From positions 1 to 40,098 of the forward strand of contig JANMOK010000144.1 in the NCBI GenBank assembly GCA_031369165.1: 40,098 bases of DNA, given 5' to 3'. This document shows, one piece after another, positions 16,643 through 26,992 of the stretch (within the stretch, counting starts at the first letter, position 1; every line of letters begins with the position of its first letter). Source of the DNA: Paracoccaceae bacterium (GTDB lineage: Bacteria > Pseudomonadota > Alphaproteobacteria > Rhodobacterales > Rhodobacteraceae). Position numbers and translations under genes: made by a program. A model generated the notes under the pieces. It made no database searches. It saw only the letters and a program-made list of their open reading frames with translations, and was not told the DNA's origin.

Positions 16643-17559
16643 GACGTTCACAACTTTGGATCGCGCTGGTCGTGGTCGCCCTGGTGCTGATCCGCTCAAC
16701 GGTATTTACCGTCGACGAGCGCGAAAAGGCACTGGTCTTGCAGTTTGGCCAAGTGCAGCGGGTGATCGCGGATCCGGGGGTCGGGTTCAAGGTTCCGTTC
16801 ATTCAGCAGGTTGTCAAGTACGACGACCGGATACTGTCGCTGGATACCCAGCCCAAAGAAGTGACGCCGCTGGATGACCGCCGTCTGGTGGTCGATGCTT
16901 TCGCCCGCTACCGCATTGCCGATGTGGTGAAGTTCCGCGAGGCGATTGGTTCGGGCGGCATTGCCCAGGCCGAGCAGAGGCTGGATTCGATTCTGATCAA
17001 CAGCATGCTGGCAGTTCTGGGGTCGGTCAATTCCAACGCCTTGCTGAGCCAGGACCGCGAGGCCCTGATGCTGCGCATCCGCGATGAAGCCGTGATCAAG
17101 GCGACGTCGCTGGGCATCCAGGTTATCGACGTGCGCATCCGGCGGGCCGATTTGCCCCAGCAGAACCTGGCGGCGACTTTTGCCAGGATGCAGGCCGAGC
17201 GCCAGCGGCTGGCGACCGACGAGCGGGCACGCGGCAACGAGGCGGCGCAGAAGGTGCGGGCGCAGGCCGACCGGTCGTCGCTGGAACTGGTGTCAACCTC
17301 GCAACGCGACGCCGACATCATTCGCGGCGAAGCGGATGCGAAGCGCAACGCGATATTTGCCGAGGCTTTTGGGCGTGATCCGGAGTTCTTTGCGTTTTAT
17401 CGCTCGCTGACCGCTTATGAGAAATCGCTGCAAGGCGGGAATTCGACTTTGGTGATTTCGCCCAACAGCGAGTTCTTTGATTTCTTGAGCAACAGCGACG
17501 GGCGACCGGTGGAACCGGCTGCACCTGCAGCGGTGGAACCGGCGGTCAATGCTGAATGA
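16639..17559 (+). CDS. hflC: FtsH protease modulator HflC
   Basis: N-terminal TM helix, then an SPFH domain (VFTVDEREKALVLQFGQ...), immediately after hflK. Confidence 0.93.
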   Translation: MRRSQLWIALVVVALVLIRSTVFTVDEREKALVLQFGQVQRVIADPGVGFKVPFIQQVVKYDDRILSLDTQPKEVTPLDDRRLVVDAFARYRIADVVKFREAIGSGGIAQAEQRLDSILINSMLAVLGSVNSNALLSQDREALMLRIRDEAVIKATSLGIQVIDVRIRRADLPQQNLAATFARMQAERQRLATDERARGNEAAQKVRAQADRSSLELVSTSQRDADIIRGEADAKRNAIFAEAFGRDPEFFAFYRSLTAYEKSLQGGNSTLVISPNSEFFDFLSNSDGRPVEPAAPAAVEPAVNAE

Positions 17560-17737
17560 TCTGCTGCTGGGCCTTGGCCTGACGGCGGTGATCGAGGGGC
17601 TGGTGCTTGCACTGGCCCCGTCGCGTTTGGGCGACATGCTGGAGATGATCAGGCGCACGCCGGTTGACCGGCTGCGGCTGCTGGGGTTGATCGCGGTGGC
17701 GTTTGGTGTCGGGCTGATCTGGCTGGCGCGGCATTAG
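17549..17737 (+). CDS. DUF2065-like small membrane protein (YjeT-like)
   Basis: 62 aa with two hydrophobic helices (LLLGLGLTAVIEGLVLALAP...LLGLIAVAFGVGLIWL). It overlaps the hflC end by 11 nt. This is the conserved position downstream of hflKC. Confidence 0.75.
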   Translation: MLNDLLLGLGLTAVIEGLVLALAPSRLGDMLEMIRRTPVDRLRLLGLIAVAFGVGLIWLARH

Positions 17738-17891
17738 GGCATGGTCGCGGGGCATCAGAATTACAGGTTGATGCAATTCAGCAAATGGCGGTTCGCAAGC
17801 CCGCTCATTCACATCGGCAAACTTGTCCGACCGGTCGGTATATAGTTAATCACGCCGCGGACCGGGTGTCGGGCAAAAGTGAGAGGGGCAA

Positions 17892-18158
17892 ATGTTTGAA
17901 ATCAACTAGTTGGCGGTTGGTGTTGCGGCGATTGTCGCCTTTGTCATTGGCGCGGTCTGGAACAGTTCGCTGTTGTTCGGCGAAGCATTGGTGCAATTGA
18001 CGGCTATCGTGCCCGCTGTGGATGCGGCGATGCCGGCTGCCCAGATGTTGGCTGAACTGGTGCGGGTTCTGATTGTGGCGACCGTGCTGGCATTGGTGCT
18101 GCGAATTGCCGAATATTTGGATTCTGGCGCTGAGCGTATTTCAGGGAGGAACGGCTGA
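17892..18158 (+). pseudogene. DUF1761-like membrane protein gene interrupted by an in-frame TAG, or a short TTG-initiated remnant
   Basis: ATG 17892 follows GAGAGGGG and reads MFEIN-TAG(17907-17909)-LAVGVAAIVAFVIGAVWNSSLLFGEAL... DUF1761 proteins, as I recall them, begin M..INWLAVLVAAV.AFV.G..WYSPLLFGKAW, so the TAG sits where a Trp (TGG) is expected. The total reading frame is only 88 codons, shorter than typical for the family. Confidence 0.45.
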
Positions 18159-18457
18159 TGGCGAAAAATGCGGAATTTGTAGAGGTCGAAAATTTTACCA
18201 GTCCGGGCCCGGCACGCCGGGTTGAAGCGCGCAAATACAACGAGATGCGACGGGCTGTGATGATGCAAATAAGCAAAGCGCGACCAGGAATGACGGTGGC
18301 GGAGTTGAGCAAGCGGGTAACACCGCTGCTGTCGGACGCGATATTTCCCGGCGGTGCGACAGCGGGCTGGTGGTTCAAATGCGTGCAGCTGGACCTTGAG
18401 GCCAAAAAGGTTATCGCCCGCGAGGACAAGCCGCCAGTCCGGTTGTACTTGTGCTGA
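18158..18457 (+). CDS. Small conserved hypothetical soluble protein (resembles the family I recall as DUF6958)
   Basis: 99 aa: ...VEVENFTSPGPARRVEARKYNEMRRAVM...MTVAELSKRV...FPGGATAGWWFKCVQLDLEAKKVIARE. TGATG overlap with the preceding frame. The family name is from memory only. Confidence 0.6.
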   Translation: MAKNAEFVEVENFTSPGPARRVEARKYNEMRRAVMMQISKARPGMTVAELSKRVTPLLSDAIFPGGATAGWWFKCVQLDLEAKKVIAREDKPPVRLYLC

Positions 18458-18596
18458 TGGCAGCATTTGCATCGCCATGACGCGCATGTGTTGCGTATTG
18501 GGTTGCCTCAGCGAACGCATGGTTTATCATTCGTTAACCAAATTGCGCTAGATGGGTCCGGAGCAATTCCCGGACATCGTAGAAGGAACGACCGAC

Positions 18597-20018
18597 GTGA
18601 TAATTTCCGTATTGCCAAAAGTGTTTGCCGTGGTTGCTGGCCTGTTTCTGGCCGTTCTGCCGGCGCAGGCGCAATTGATACCGGAAAGTTTTGCCGATTT
18701 GGCGGAACGGGTTTCGCCCTCGGTGGTGAATATCACCACGACGACAGCGGTCGAGCAGGACAGCGGCCCGGGGCCGGTTGTGCCGCCGGGATCACCCTTG
18801 GAAGATTTCTTCAACGATTTCATGAACCGGCAGGGGCAAAACAACCAGCCGCAACAGACGTCGGCTTTGGGGTCGGGCTTCATGATTTCGGCAGATGGCT
18901 ATGTTGTCACCAACAACCATGTGATCGAAGGTGCCGACGAGATTGTGGTGGAATTGTTCGAAGGCCGCGAATTGGCGGCAACGGTAGTGGGGGTCGATCT
19001 GAAAACCGACATCGCCTTGTTGAAGGTCGAAAGCGCGACGCCTTTGCCGTTTGTCTTGTTTGGCAATTCCGACATTGCCAGGGTTGGCGACTGGGTTTTG
19101 GCGGTGGGCAACCCGCTGGGGCAGGGTTTTTCGGTTTCTTCGGGCATCATCTCGGCGCGCAACCGCGAGCTGGAAGGCAATTACGACGATTTCATTCAGA
19201 CCGATGCGGCGATCAACCGGGGCAATTCCGGCGGACCCTTGTTTAACATGGCGGGCGAAGTGATTGGGGTGAATACGGCGATATTGTCGCCCAACGGCGG
19301 TTCGATTGGCATCGGGTTTTCGATGTCGGCCGCGGTCGTCAGTCCGGTTGTTGCCCAGTTAAAGGAATTTGGCGAGACCCGGCGCGGCTGGCTGGGGGTG
19401 CGCATTCAGAACGTCGAGGCCGATCTGGCTGATGCTTTGGGTTTGGTGGAGACGCGTGGCGCATTGGTGACCGACGTGCCGCCGGGGCCGGCCTTGGATG
19501 CGGGGATGAAATCGCGCGATGTTATCCTGTCGTTCAACGGGGTCAAAATCGCCGATACCCGCGAATTGGTGCGGTTGGTCGGTGAGGCCGAGATTGGCAT
19601 TGCCGTGCCGGTTGAAGTGTTTCGCGACGGCAAGATTGAGACGCTGATGGTGATGTTGGGGCGGCTGGAAGAGGGTGAAACCGCGGTTGCCACGGTCGAT
19701 GAAACCACGCCGCCAGTGGCGCAGGTGGCGCTGGGCATGACGCTTTCGGGCTTGGACGACGAATTGCGCACGCAATACAACATCCCCGAAGACATCCGGG
19801 GCGTGGTGGTAACGGCGGTAGACACGACGTCGGAAGCCAATGAAAAAGGTGTGGCGGCGGGCGATGTGATCGTCGAGATGGGCCAGCAGCCGGTGCAGAG
19901 CCCGAGCGATGTGATGGATCGGCTGAAGGCGGCGCAGGAGGCCGGTCGCACCTCGATTCTGCTTTTGGTGCGGCGCGAGGGCGAGGGCCGGTTTGTGGCG
20001 CTGGATCCGAATCAGTAA
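18597..20018 (+). CDS. degP: Periplasmic serine endoprotease, DegP/HtrA (Do) family, two PDZ domains
   Basis: Preferred start is GTG 18597, 9 nt after GAAGGA, giving the signal peptide VIISVLPKVFAVVAGLFLAVLPAQAQ; ATG 18552 is the alternative. Catalytic blocks TNNHVI (His), DIALLK (Asp) and GNSGGPLF (Ser) are present, followed by two PDZ-like regions. Confidence 0.93.
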   Translation: MIISVLPKVFAVVAGLFLAVLPAQAQLIPESFADLAERVSPSVVNITTTTAVEQDSGPGPVVPPGSPLEDFFNDFMNRQGQNNQPQQTSALGSGFMISADGYVVTNNHVIEGADEIVVELFEGRELAATVVGVDLKTDIALLKVESATPLPFVLFGNSDIARVGDWVLAVGNPLGQGFSVSSGIISARNRELEGNYDDFIQTDAAINRGNSGGPLFNMAGEVIGVNTAILSPNGGSIGIGFSMSAAVVSPVVAQLKEFGETRRGWLGVRIQNVEADLADALGLVETRGALVTDVPPGPALDAGMKSRDVILSFNGVKIADTRELVRLVGEAEIGIAVPVEVFRDGKIETLMVMLGRLEEGETAVATVDETTPPVAQVALGMTLSGLDDELRTQYNIPEDIRGVVVTAVDTTSEANEKGVAAGDVIVEMGQQPVQSPSDVMDRLKAAQEAGRTSILLLVRREGEGRFVALDPNQ

Positions 20019-20038
20019 TCAGTAATCAGGGATCAGGC
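20011..20038. repeat. Four tandem heptamers ATCAGTA-ATCAGTA-ATCAGGG-ATCAGGC
   Basis: Read directly. They span the degP stop (TAA 20016-20018), the 14-nt convergent spacer and the stop of the dnaE2 remnant (20033-20035). Confidence 0.6.
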
Positions 20039-20401
20039 AGTGCGGCCGCGGGCCAGTTCGTCCAGCATCCAAGATATATCCTCGATCTGGCGGGCGATCA
20101 CATGGACGACCATGCCGTCGCGCTGCACCTCGCCGGTGACGCGCAGCATCCGGCCCGCCACCACGGCGCGGCGGAATTTCTCGTAGGTTTTCGCCCAGAC
20201 CACAACATTGGCGACGCCGGTTTCATCTTCCAGCGAAATGAAGATCACCCCCTTGGCGGTGCCGGGGCGCTGGCGCACCAACACCAGCCCGGCAACCGTG
20301 ACGATTGCTCCGGCAGGCGGGCGGTCCAGCAGGATGTGCGGGATGGCCGAAGGTGTGCGTGGCCAATCTGGGCGTTGCGGCATGGAACGAAGATAGAACA
20401 T
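20033..20401 (-). pseudogene. dnaE2: C-terminal remnant of error-prone DNA polymerase DnaE2 (OB-fold tail only)
   Basis: ...AIVTVAGLVLVRQRPGTAKGVIFISLEDETGVANVVVWAKTYEKFRRAVVAGRMLRVTGEVQRDGMVVHVIARQIEDIS... matches the last 100 or so residues of DnaE2/ImuC, a protein of about 1000-1100 aa. Nothing upstream resembles the polymerase core; a ferredoxin gene lies there on the other strand. A 122-codon ATG-initiated frame remains. Confidence 0.7.
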
Positions 20402-20410
20402 TTGCCTTGA

Positions 20411-21584
<1,174 letters not shown>

Positions 21585-21588
<4 letters not shown>

Positions 21589-22832
21589 AGCGCGCGCCAG
21601 CCGATGTCCTTGCGATAGAACCCGCCGGGCCAGTTGATTTTGGCAATGGTTTCATAGGCCCGTTTGTGCGCGGCTTGCAGGGTGTCGCCGCGCGCGGTGA
21701 TATTGAGCACACGACCGCCGTTTGAGGTGAGGTTGGCGTCTTTGCGTGCGGTTCCGGCGTGAAAGATTTGCACTTTCGGGTCGGTAATTTCGGGCAAGGT
21801 AATAGCCTCGCCTTTGGCGTAGCGGCCAGGATAGCCGTTCGCGGCCATGACGATAGTGAGCGCGTGATCGTCGGCCCAGTTGACGCGGGATTGGCTGATG
21901 TCGCCTTGCGCGCAGGCGAGCAGCAGGTCGAGCATTTGGCCGCCCAGACGCATGCACAGAACCTGTGCTTCCGGGTCGCCGAAGCGGGCGTTGTATTCGA
22001 CGAGGCGCGGCTGGCCGTTCTCGATCATCAGACCGGCGTAGAGCACGCCTTGGTAGGGGGTGCCACGGCGGGCCATTTCCTTGAGTGTCGGGATGACGAT
22101 GGTGTTGAGGGCGATGTTCTGGATTTCGTCGGTCAGGACGGGGGCGGGGGAATAGGCGCCCATGCCGCCGGTGTTGGGGCCGTGGTAGCCGTCAAAGGCG
22201 GGTATGTGGTCCTGCGCAGTGCCGATGGGAAGGGCGTTCACGCAGTCGGTGAGGACGAAGAATGAGGCTTCTACGCCGGTCATGAAGTCTTCGATGATCA
22301 ATGCGCCTTTGGAAAACTCGGTGAATATGGCGTCGATGGCAGACAGGGCTTCGGACTGCGTCATAGCGACGACAACGCCTTTGCCAGCGGCCAGCCCGTC
22401 GGCCTTGACCACGATGGGAGCGCCTTGGGATTGGACGTAGGCGCGGGCGGGCGCGGCGGCGGTGAAGCGGGCCCAGGCGGCGGTGGGGGCAGCGCAAGCG
22501 TCGCAGATTTCCTTGGTGAAGGCCTTGGAGGATTCGAGCTGGGCGGCGAACTGCGAGGGGCCGAAGGTGAGGATGCCGACGTTTCGCAGGGCGTCCGATA
22601 CCCCAACCGCGAGCGGCGCTTCGGGGCCGATGACGACGAAGGTAATGTTTTCTTGGGCGACGAGGTTGAGGACGGCTGAGGCATCGCAGGGGTCGATGGC
22701 TTGGCACGGGGCGATGGTGGCGATACCGGCGTTGCCGGGGGCGACAATGAGGCGGTCGCATTTTGGGTTTTGCAGGATCGCCCAAGCCAGCGCATGTTCG
22801 CGGCCGCCCGAACCGAGGAGGAGGATGTTCAT
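21585..22832 (-). CDS. purD: Phosphoribosylamine-glycine ligase
   Basis: MNILLLGSGGREHALAW... with ATP-grasp blocks (VVKADGLAAGKGV, EEFL-like region). 415 aa. Confidence 0.96.
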
Positions 22833-22900
22833 ATTTGCGCCCTTGGCCTGTGTGTGGCGACGTTCTAGGGTTGGGCAAAGCCAAGAGCAAGCGAGGCGCG

Positions 22901-24337
22901 ATGTCCGACCTGTTTGATGATCCGGACCCGGGCGTGAATGCGCCGGAGTTCACCGTCAGCGATATTGCCGGTGCCGTGAAACGGGTGATCGAGGGCGAGT
23001 TTGGCCATGTGCGGGTGCGCGGCGAGATTTCGCGTGTCTCTCGGCCCGCATCGGGGCATTTGTATTTTGAATTGAAAGACGAGCGCTCGGCTCTGGCCTC
23101 GGTGATGTGGAAGGGCGTGGCGGGGGCCTCGCGGGTGCGGCCCGAGGAGGGGATGGAGGTTGTCGCGACCGGAAAGCTGACCACCTTTGGGTCGCAGAGC
23201 AAGTACCAGCTGGTGGTCGAATCTCTGGCCCCGGCGGGGCTGGGCGCGTTGATGGTGATGCTGGAGAAGCGGCGCAAGGCGCTGGAGGCGGAAGGGTTGT
23301 TTGATGCTGCCCGCAAGCGGCCATTGCCCTATCTGCCAGAGGTGATCGGGGTGGTGACCTCGCCATCGGGGGCGGTGATCAAGGATATTTTGCATAGGCT
23401 GCGCGAGCGGTTTCCGCGAACGGTGCTGATCTGGCCGGTGGTGGTGCAGGGCGAGAAATGTGCGGGTGAGGTGGCGAACGCCATTCGCGGGTTTAACGCA
23501 ATTGTGCCCGGCGGACCGGTGCCGAGGCCGGATGTACTGATCGTGGCGCGGGGTGGCGGCTCGATCGAGGATTTGTGGGGGTTTAACGAGGAAATTGTGG
23601 TGCGGGCGGTGGCGGCATCGGTGATCCCGGTGATCTCGGCGGTGGGGCACGAGACCGACACGACGCTGATTGATTTCGTTTCGGACCGGCGGGCGCCGAC
23701 CCCGACGGCGGCGGCGGAGATGGCGGTGCCGGTTCGGGCAGATTTGCTGGGCGTGGTCGCCGGGCTGGAGTCGCGGCGGGTGCGGGGTTTGGCAAGGGTG
23801 CTGGAGGTGAAGGGGCAGCGGCTGCGCGATTTGGTGCGCGCCATGCCACGGATCGAGGCGCTGGTGGCGGACAGGGCGCAACGGCTGGATCAGTTGCGCT
23901 TGCGGCTGCCACGGGCGCTGCTGGGGTTTGTGCAGGGCAAGCGGGTGGAGCTGGGACGCGGGCGGGCCGGGAGTTTTGGGCCGGGGCTGCTGCGCGGGGA
24001 TTTAGCGCTGAAACGTGATCGTTTGAAGGATCGAGCGAGCAGGTTAGGGCCGGGATTAATAAGGTTGTTCAGTGGGTTGCGGGGTGGCCCTGAGGTCATG
24101 TCGCAGCGTTTGGAGCGGGCTGTTTCCGTTCGGATCCAGGATTTGCGCGGTCGCTTGGAAGGGTTGGAGCGGACTCGGGCGACGCTAGGAACAGACGCAA
24201 CGCTGAAACGCGGGTTTGCCATTGTGTGGGGCGGCGGTGGTGTGGTGGCTGGTCGGACTGTGGCGGCGAAGTTTGCCGAGTTAGAAGTACAGTTCCACGA
24301 TGGGCGGTTGGGGGTAGTGGCGAAGGATAAAGTGTAG
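22901..24337 (+). CDS. xseA: Exodeoxyribonuclease VII large subunit
   Basis: From ATG 22901: MSDLFDDPDPGVNAPEFTVSDIAGAVKRVIEGEFGHVRVRGEISRVSRPASGHLYFELKD (OB fold), then GVVTSPSGAVIKDILHRL and ARGGGSIEDLWGFNEE blocks. Confidence 0.93.
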   Translation: MSDLFDDPDPGVNAPEFTVSDIAGAVKRVIEGEFGHVRVRGEISRVSRPASGHLYFELKDERSALASVMWKGVAGASRVRPEEGMEVVATGKLTTFGSQSKYQLVVESLAPAGLGALMVMLEKRRKALEAEGLFDAARKRPLPYLPEVIGVVTSPSGAVIKDILHRLRERFPRTVLIWPVVVQGEKCAGEVANAIRGFNAIVPGGPVPRPDVLIVARGGGSIEDLWGFNEEIVVRAVAASVIPVISAVGHETDTTLIDFVSDRRAPTPTAAAEMAVPVRADLLGVVAGLESRRVRGLARVLEVKGQRLRDLVRAMPRIEALVADRAQRLDQLRLRLPRALLGFVQGKRVELGRGRAGSFGPGLLRGDLALKRDRLKDRASRLGPGLIRLFSGLRGGPEVMSQRLERAVSVRIQDLRGRLEGLERTRATLGTDATLKRGFAIVWGGGGVVAGRTVAAKFAELEVQFHDGRLGVVAKDKV

Positions 24338-24416
24338 AGTGGGTGATTTCAGCCATCTTTCCAAGGCCTTGCCCAGGCATTTCGGCGAATGATAGGTACG
24401 AGCACCCATCCTGCAA

Positions 24417-24812
24417 TCAACTGCCCGTCCTTGGACCGGGGCAGTTGAGGGGTTCGGTGTCGCTGGCGACCAGTTCGATTTCATCCGCTCCATCGGGATC
24501 GTCGGATTGGCGGGCGAAATAGGTGCCGTTTCTGTCGATGAACAACCAACAGATCGGTTCAGGCCAGGATTCATAGGCAAAGCAGATTTGCTGGTCTTGG
24601 GGAAACCAGTAGCCGTATTCGCAATCGCCTTCGGCGGGCTTCCACAGCGACTTTCGATCATTGAAATATTGTTCGGAACCAAAGTGTTGTCCGAAGGCAT
24701 TGAAGTGCAGGGTTTTGCCTTGGCTGAGCGATTGAAAGGCTTCGGGGGTGACGATGGTTTCGGCTTGGGCCGCGCCTGTCAGGACCAACACCAGCAGGGC
24801 GACGCGGATCAT
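24417..24812 (-). CDS. Small secreted four-Cys protein (paralogue of 29655-30086)
   Basis: ATGA overlap with the upstream gene's stop. Signal peptide [17 protein letters not shown], mature part about 114 aa with GKTLHF...C.YGYW...ICF...PICW...LNC. Confidence 0.65.
   Translation of the reverse strand: MIRVALLVLVLTGAAQAETIVTPEAFQSLSQGKTLHFNAFGQHFGSEQYFNDRKSLWKPAEGDCEYGYWFPQDQQICFAYESWPEPICWLFIDRNGTYFARQSDDPDGADEIELVASDTEPLNCPGPRTGS
24418..24447. terminator. Strong stem-loop overlapping the last codons and stop of the small secreted protein gene
   Basis: CAACTGCCC-GTCC-TT-GGAC-C-GGGCAGTTG: 9-bp outer stem plus 4-bp inner stem with one bulge. It lies 81 nt downstream of the convergent xseA stop. 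No U-tract on either strand. Confidence 0.35.
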
Positions 24813-26992
24813 TGCCGGACCCGGAAGGTGGTGCTGAACGGCGCAAGGCAGAGCGATTCCGAACAGACTTGCGCGGCAATGGCGATGGTGCCGCCGCCAA
24901 GCGGCAAGGCCAATGTGCCGACATAGGCGGGAATAATGCCACCCAAGGGGTTGGGCCAATGCGACGGTTCGGGCAAGGTCGCGCCAGTGATGGTGAGCGG
25001 TGCAAGACCGAGGGTATTTTCGGCGGCGATATGCCAGCCTGGGGTGATGCAAAGAGTTAGTGTATTGTGACGAAGGTGGATTTTGAGTGCTCCACCGGCG
25101 AAGACGCGCAGATTGGCGGATTCCGAATCGAGTATTTGCGAAGCCGAGAGGCCGGTGAGGCGGATCATTGGCATGGCGGCGATGGGGCCGGAGATTGCGT
25201 CTTTTAGTGCGATTGCTCGCGTTTGACGGGCGAGGTCGGGTTGGCGGTGGTTGAGGAGCGCAAAGAACTCGAGGGCAGAGGATTCGCCTGACGGGGTTGC
25301 GCCGTCTTCAGCTTCCAGCACCGGGCCGAGGGGGGAGTTCTGGGTGAGGGCGAGGCGATTGTCGTTGATGAAAGTTTCGAGGATGGTTTGCGCCATTTCG
25401 GGCAGGTTGGCACTCCAACCGGATTGGCCAGCGTCGGCGAGTGCGAGAGCGGCCAGCGCGATCCACGCGTGGTCAGAGAGATTGGCGGTTTCAAGCGGTT
25501 TGCCCCCGGCGTGCAGGCGGGCGAGGCCGGTCGGGGTCTCCAAGCGGTTGAGAAGCGATTTCAAGGCTTTGTCGGCGGTTTTTATCCAATCCGGGCGGTC
25601 CATCGCCATGCCGGCCTCGGCCAATGCGCGGATCATCAGGCCGTTCCAGCCTCCGATTATTTTGCCATCGCGAAACGGGCGCGGGCGGGAATCGCGGGAT
25701 TGCCGGAGACGCTCGAGGATCGGGTCGAGGGCCGGGTCCATGGGTTGGCCGGGGGTCAGGTGGAGGACGGCACCGGCTTCGAGGGTTGGCGGTTGGTCGA
25801 GGCCGAGGATGGGTTCATAATGCGTTGCTTCGGCACCGAGGCATTCGGCGAATTCGCGTGGGGTCCAGGCGTAGAAGGCACCTTCCTCGCGCTGGCCAGC
25901 GGGGTTCAAACTGTCGGCGTCTTCGGCTGAAGCAAAGGTGCCGTCGGCTTCGGTCATGTCGCGGGCGAGGTATTCGATGCAGCGTTCAAAGGCGCGTTTG
26001 TAGGTCGGGTTGCCGCTGATTTCCCAGGCCTGCACAAGACATCGCATCAGAAGTGCTTGATTGTAGAGCATTTTCTCAAAATGCGGCGTGCGCCAGTTCA
26101 CGTCGACCGTGTAGCGGTGGAAGCCGCCGCCGACGTGATCGTGGATGCCGCCGGCGGCGATGGCGTCGAGGGTATGGAGCGCGGTTTTTAGCGCGTCGGC
26201 GTCACCGGTGCGCCGCCAATGGTCGATGAGGAACAGGATGTGGCCCTCGTTGGGAAACTGGGTACCGCTGGAAAAACCGCCGTACTGGCGGTTGTGGGCC
26301 TGGGTCAGATATTGCGCAGCCAGTACGGGGGCGTTGGTCAGATCGGCGGCGTCGGGCGACCGTCGGCTGACGGATTGGACATGGGCAGAAAGCTCCTCGG
26401 CGAATTGGTTGAGTTTGGCGCGGCCTTCGACCCACGCCTTTTCGATGGCGTGCAGGGTGGCGAGGAACTGCGGGCGCGGGAAATAGGTGCCGGTGTGGAA
26501 GGGTTTGCCCTGCGGCGTCAGCCAGCACGAATTCGGCCAGCCGGCATGGCGGTGCTGCAATGTGGTAGCGGTGAGGTAGATATGGTCGATGTCGGGGCGT
26601 TGCTCGCGGTCGAGTTTGACGGGGATGAATCGGGCGTTGAGGAAGGTGGCGACTTCGACGTTATCAAAGCTTTCCTCCTCCATCACGTGGCACCAGTGGC
26701 AGGTAGCGTAACCGGCGGACAGGAAGATGGGCAGGTCGCGGCGCTGGGCTTCGGCCAAAGCCGCGTCACCCCAGGGCCACCAATCGACCGGGTTGTGGGC
26801 ATGCTGCAAAAGGTAGGGCGAGGGCTCATGGATAAGGCGGTTGATGTAGAGCGGCCGGCCGTTTTGTTTGAGATGGGTGCGTGGCTCATAGGTGGCAGGC
26901 ATGGTGGCAAATGCCGCTTGCAGGGCGGCATGTTCGGTGGGGTTGCGGCGCAAGCCGGGGGGTGGATGCATGGGATTATCTGCCGATGACAC
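24809..26992 (-). CDS. Thioredoxin-domain protein of the DUF255/YyaL family (thioredoxin-like N-domain plus alpha/alpha-toroid C-domain)
   Basis: [52 protein letters not shown] is the hallmark DUF255 N-terminus, including CHWC. 727 aa. The alternative start at 26971 would remove the 17-nt overlap with mprF. Confidence 0.9.
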   Translation of the reverse strand: MSSADNPMHPPPGLRRNPTEHAALQAAFATMPATYEPRTHLKQNGRPLYINRLIHEPSPYLLQHAHNPVDWWPWGDAALAEAQRRDLPIFLSAGYATCHWCHVMEEESFDNVEVATFLNARFIPVKLDREQRPDIDHIYLTATTLQHRHAGWPNSCWLTPQGKPFHTGTYFPRPQFLATLHAIEKAWVEGRAKLNQFAEELSAHVQSVSRRSPDAADLTNAPVLAAQYLTQAHNRQYGGFSSGTQFPNEGHILFLIDHWRRTGDADALKTALHTLDAIAAGGIHDHVGGGFHRYTVDVNWRTPHFEKMLYNQALLMRCLVQAWEISGNPTYKRAFERCIEYLARDMTEADGTFASAEDADSLNPAGQREEGAFYAWTPREFAECLGAEATHYEPILGLDQPPTLEAGAVLHLTPGQPMDPALDPILERLRQSRDSRPRPFRDGKIIGGWNGLMIRALAEAGMAMDRPDWIKTADKALKSLLNRLETPTGLARLHAGGKPLETANLSDHAWIALAALALADAGQSGWSANLPEMAQTILETFINDNRLALTQNSPLGPVLEAEDGATPSGESSALEFFALLNHRQPDLARQTRAIALKDAISGPIAAMPMIRLTGLSASQILDSESANLRVFAGGALKIHLRHNTLTLCITPGWHIAAENTLGLAPLTITGATLPEPSHWPNPLGGIIPAYVGTLALPLGGGTIAIAAQVCSESLCLAPFSTTFRVRQ

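Noticed and set aside
18513-18535. EcfG/sigma-E-like promoter (GAAC-N15-CGTT) upstream of degP
   Set aside because: Only CGAAC rather than GGAAC, and a 15-nt spacer instead of the 16-17 nt of the alphaproteobacterial general-stress consensus. This is too weak to call without transcription-start data.
22192-23912. Long minus-strand ORFs (22192-23316, 22865-23881, 23329-23844 and others) over purD and xseA
   Set aside because: 22192-23316 runs out of frame within purD and then antisense into xseA; the other two are antisense to xseA. All have extreme Arg/Pro/His content.
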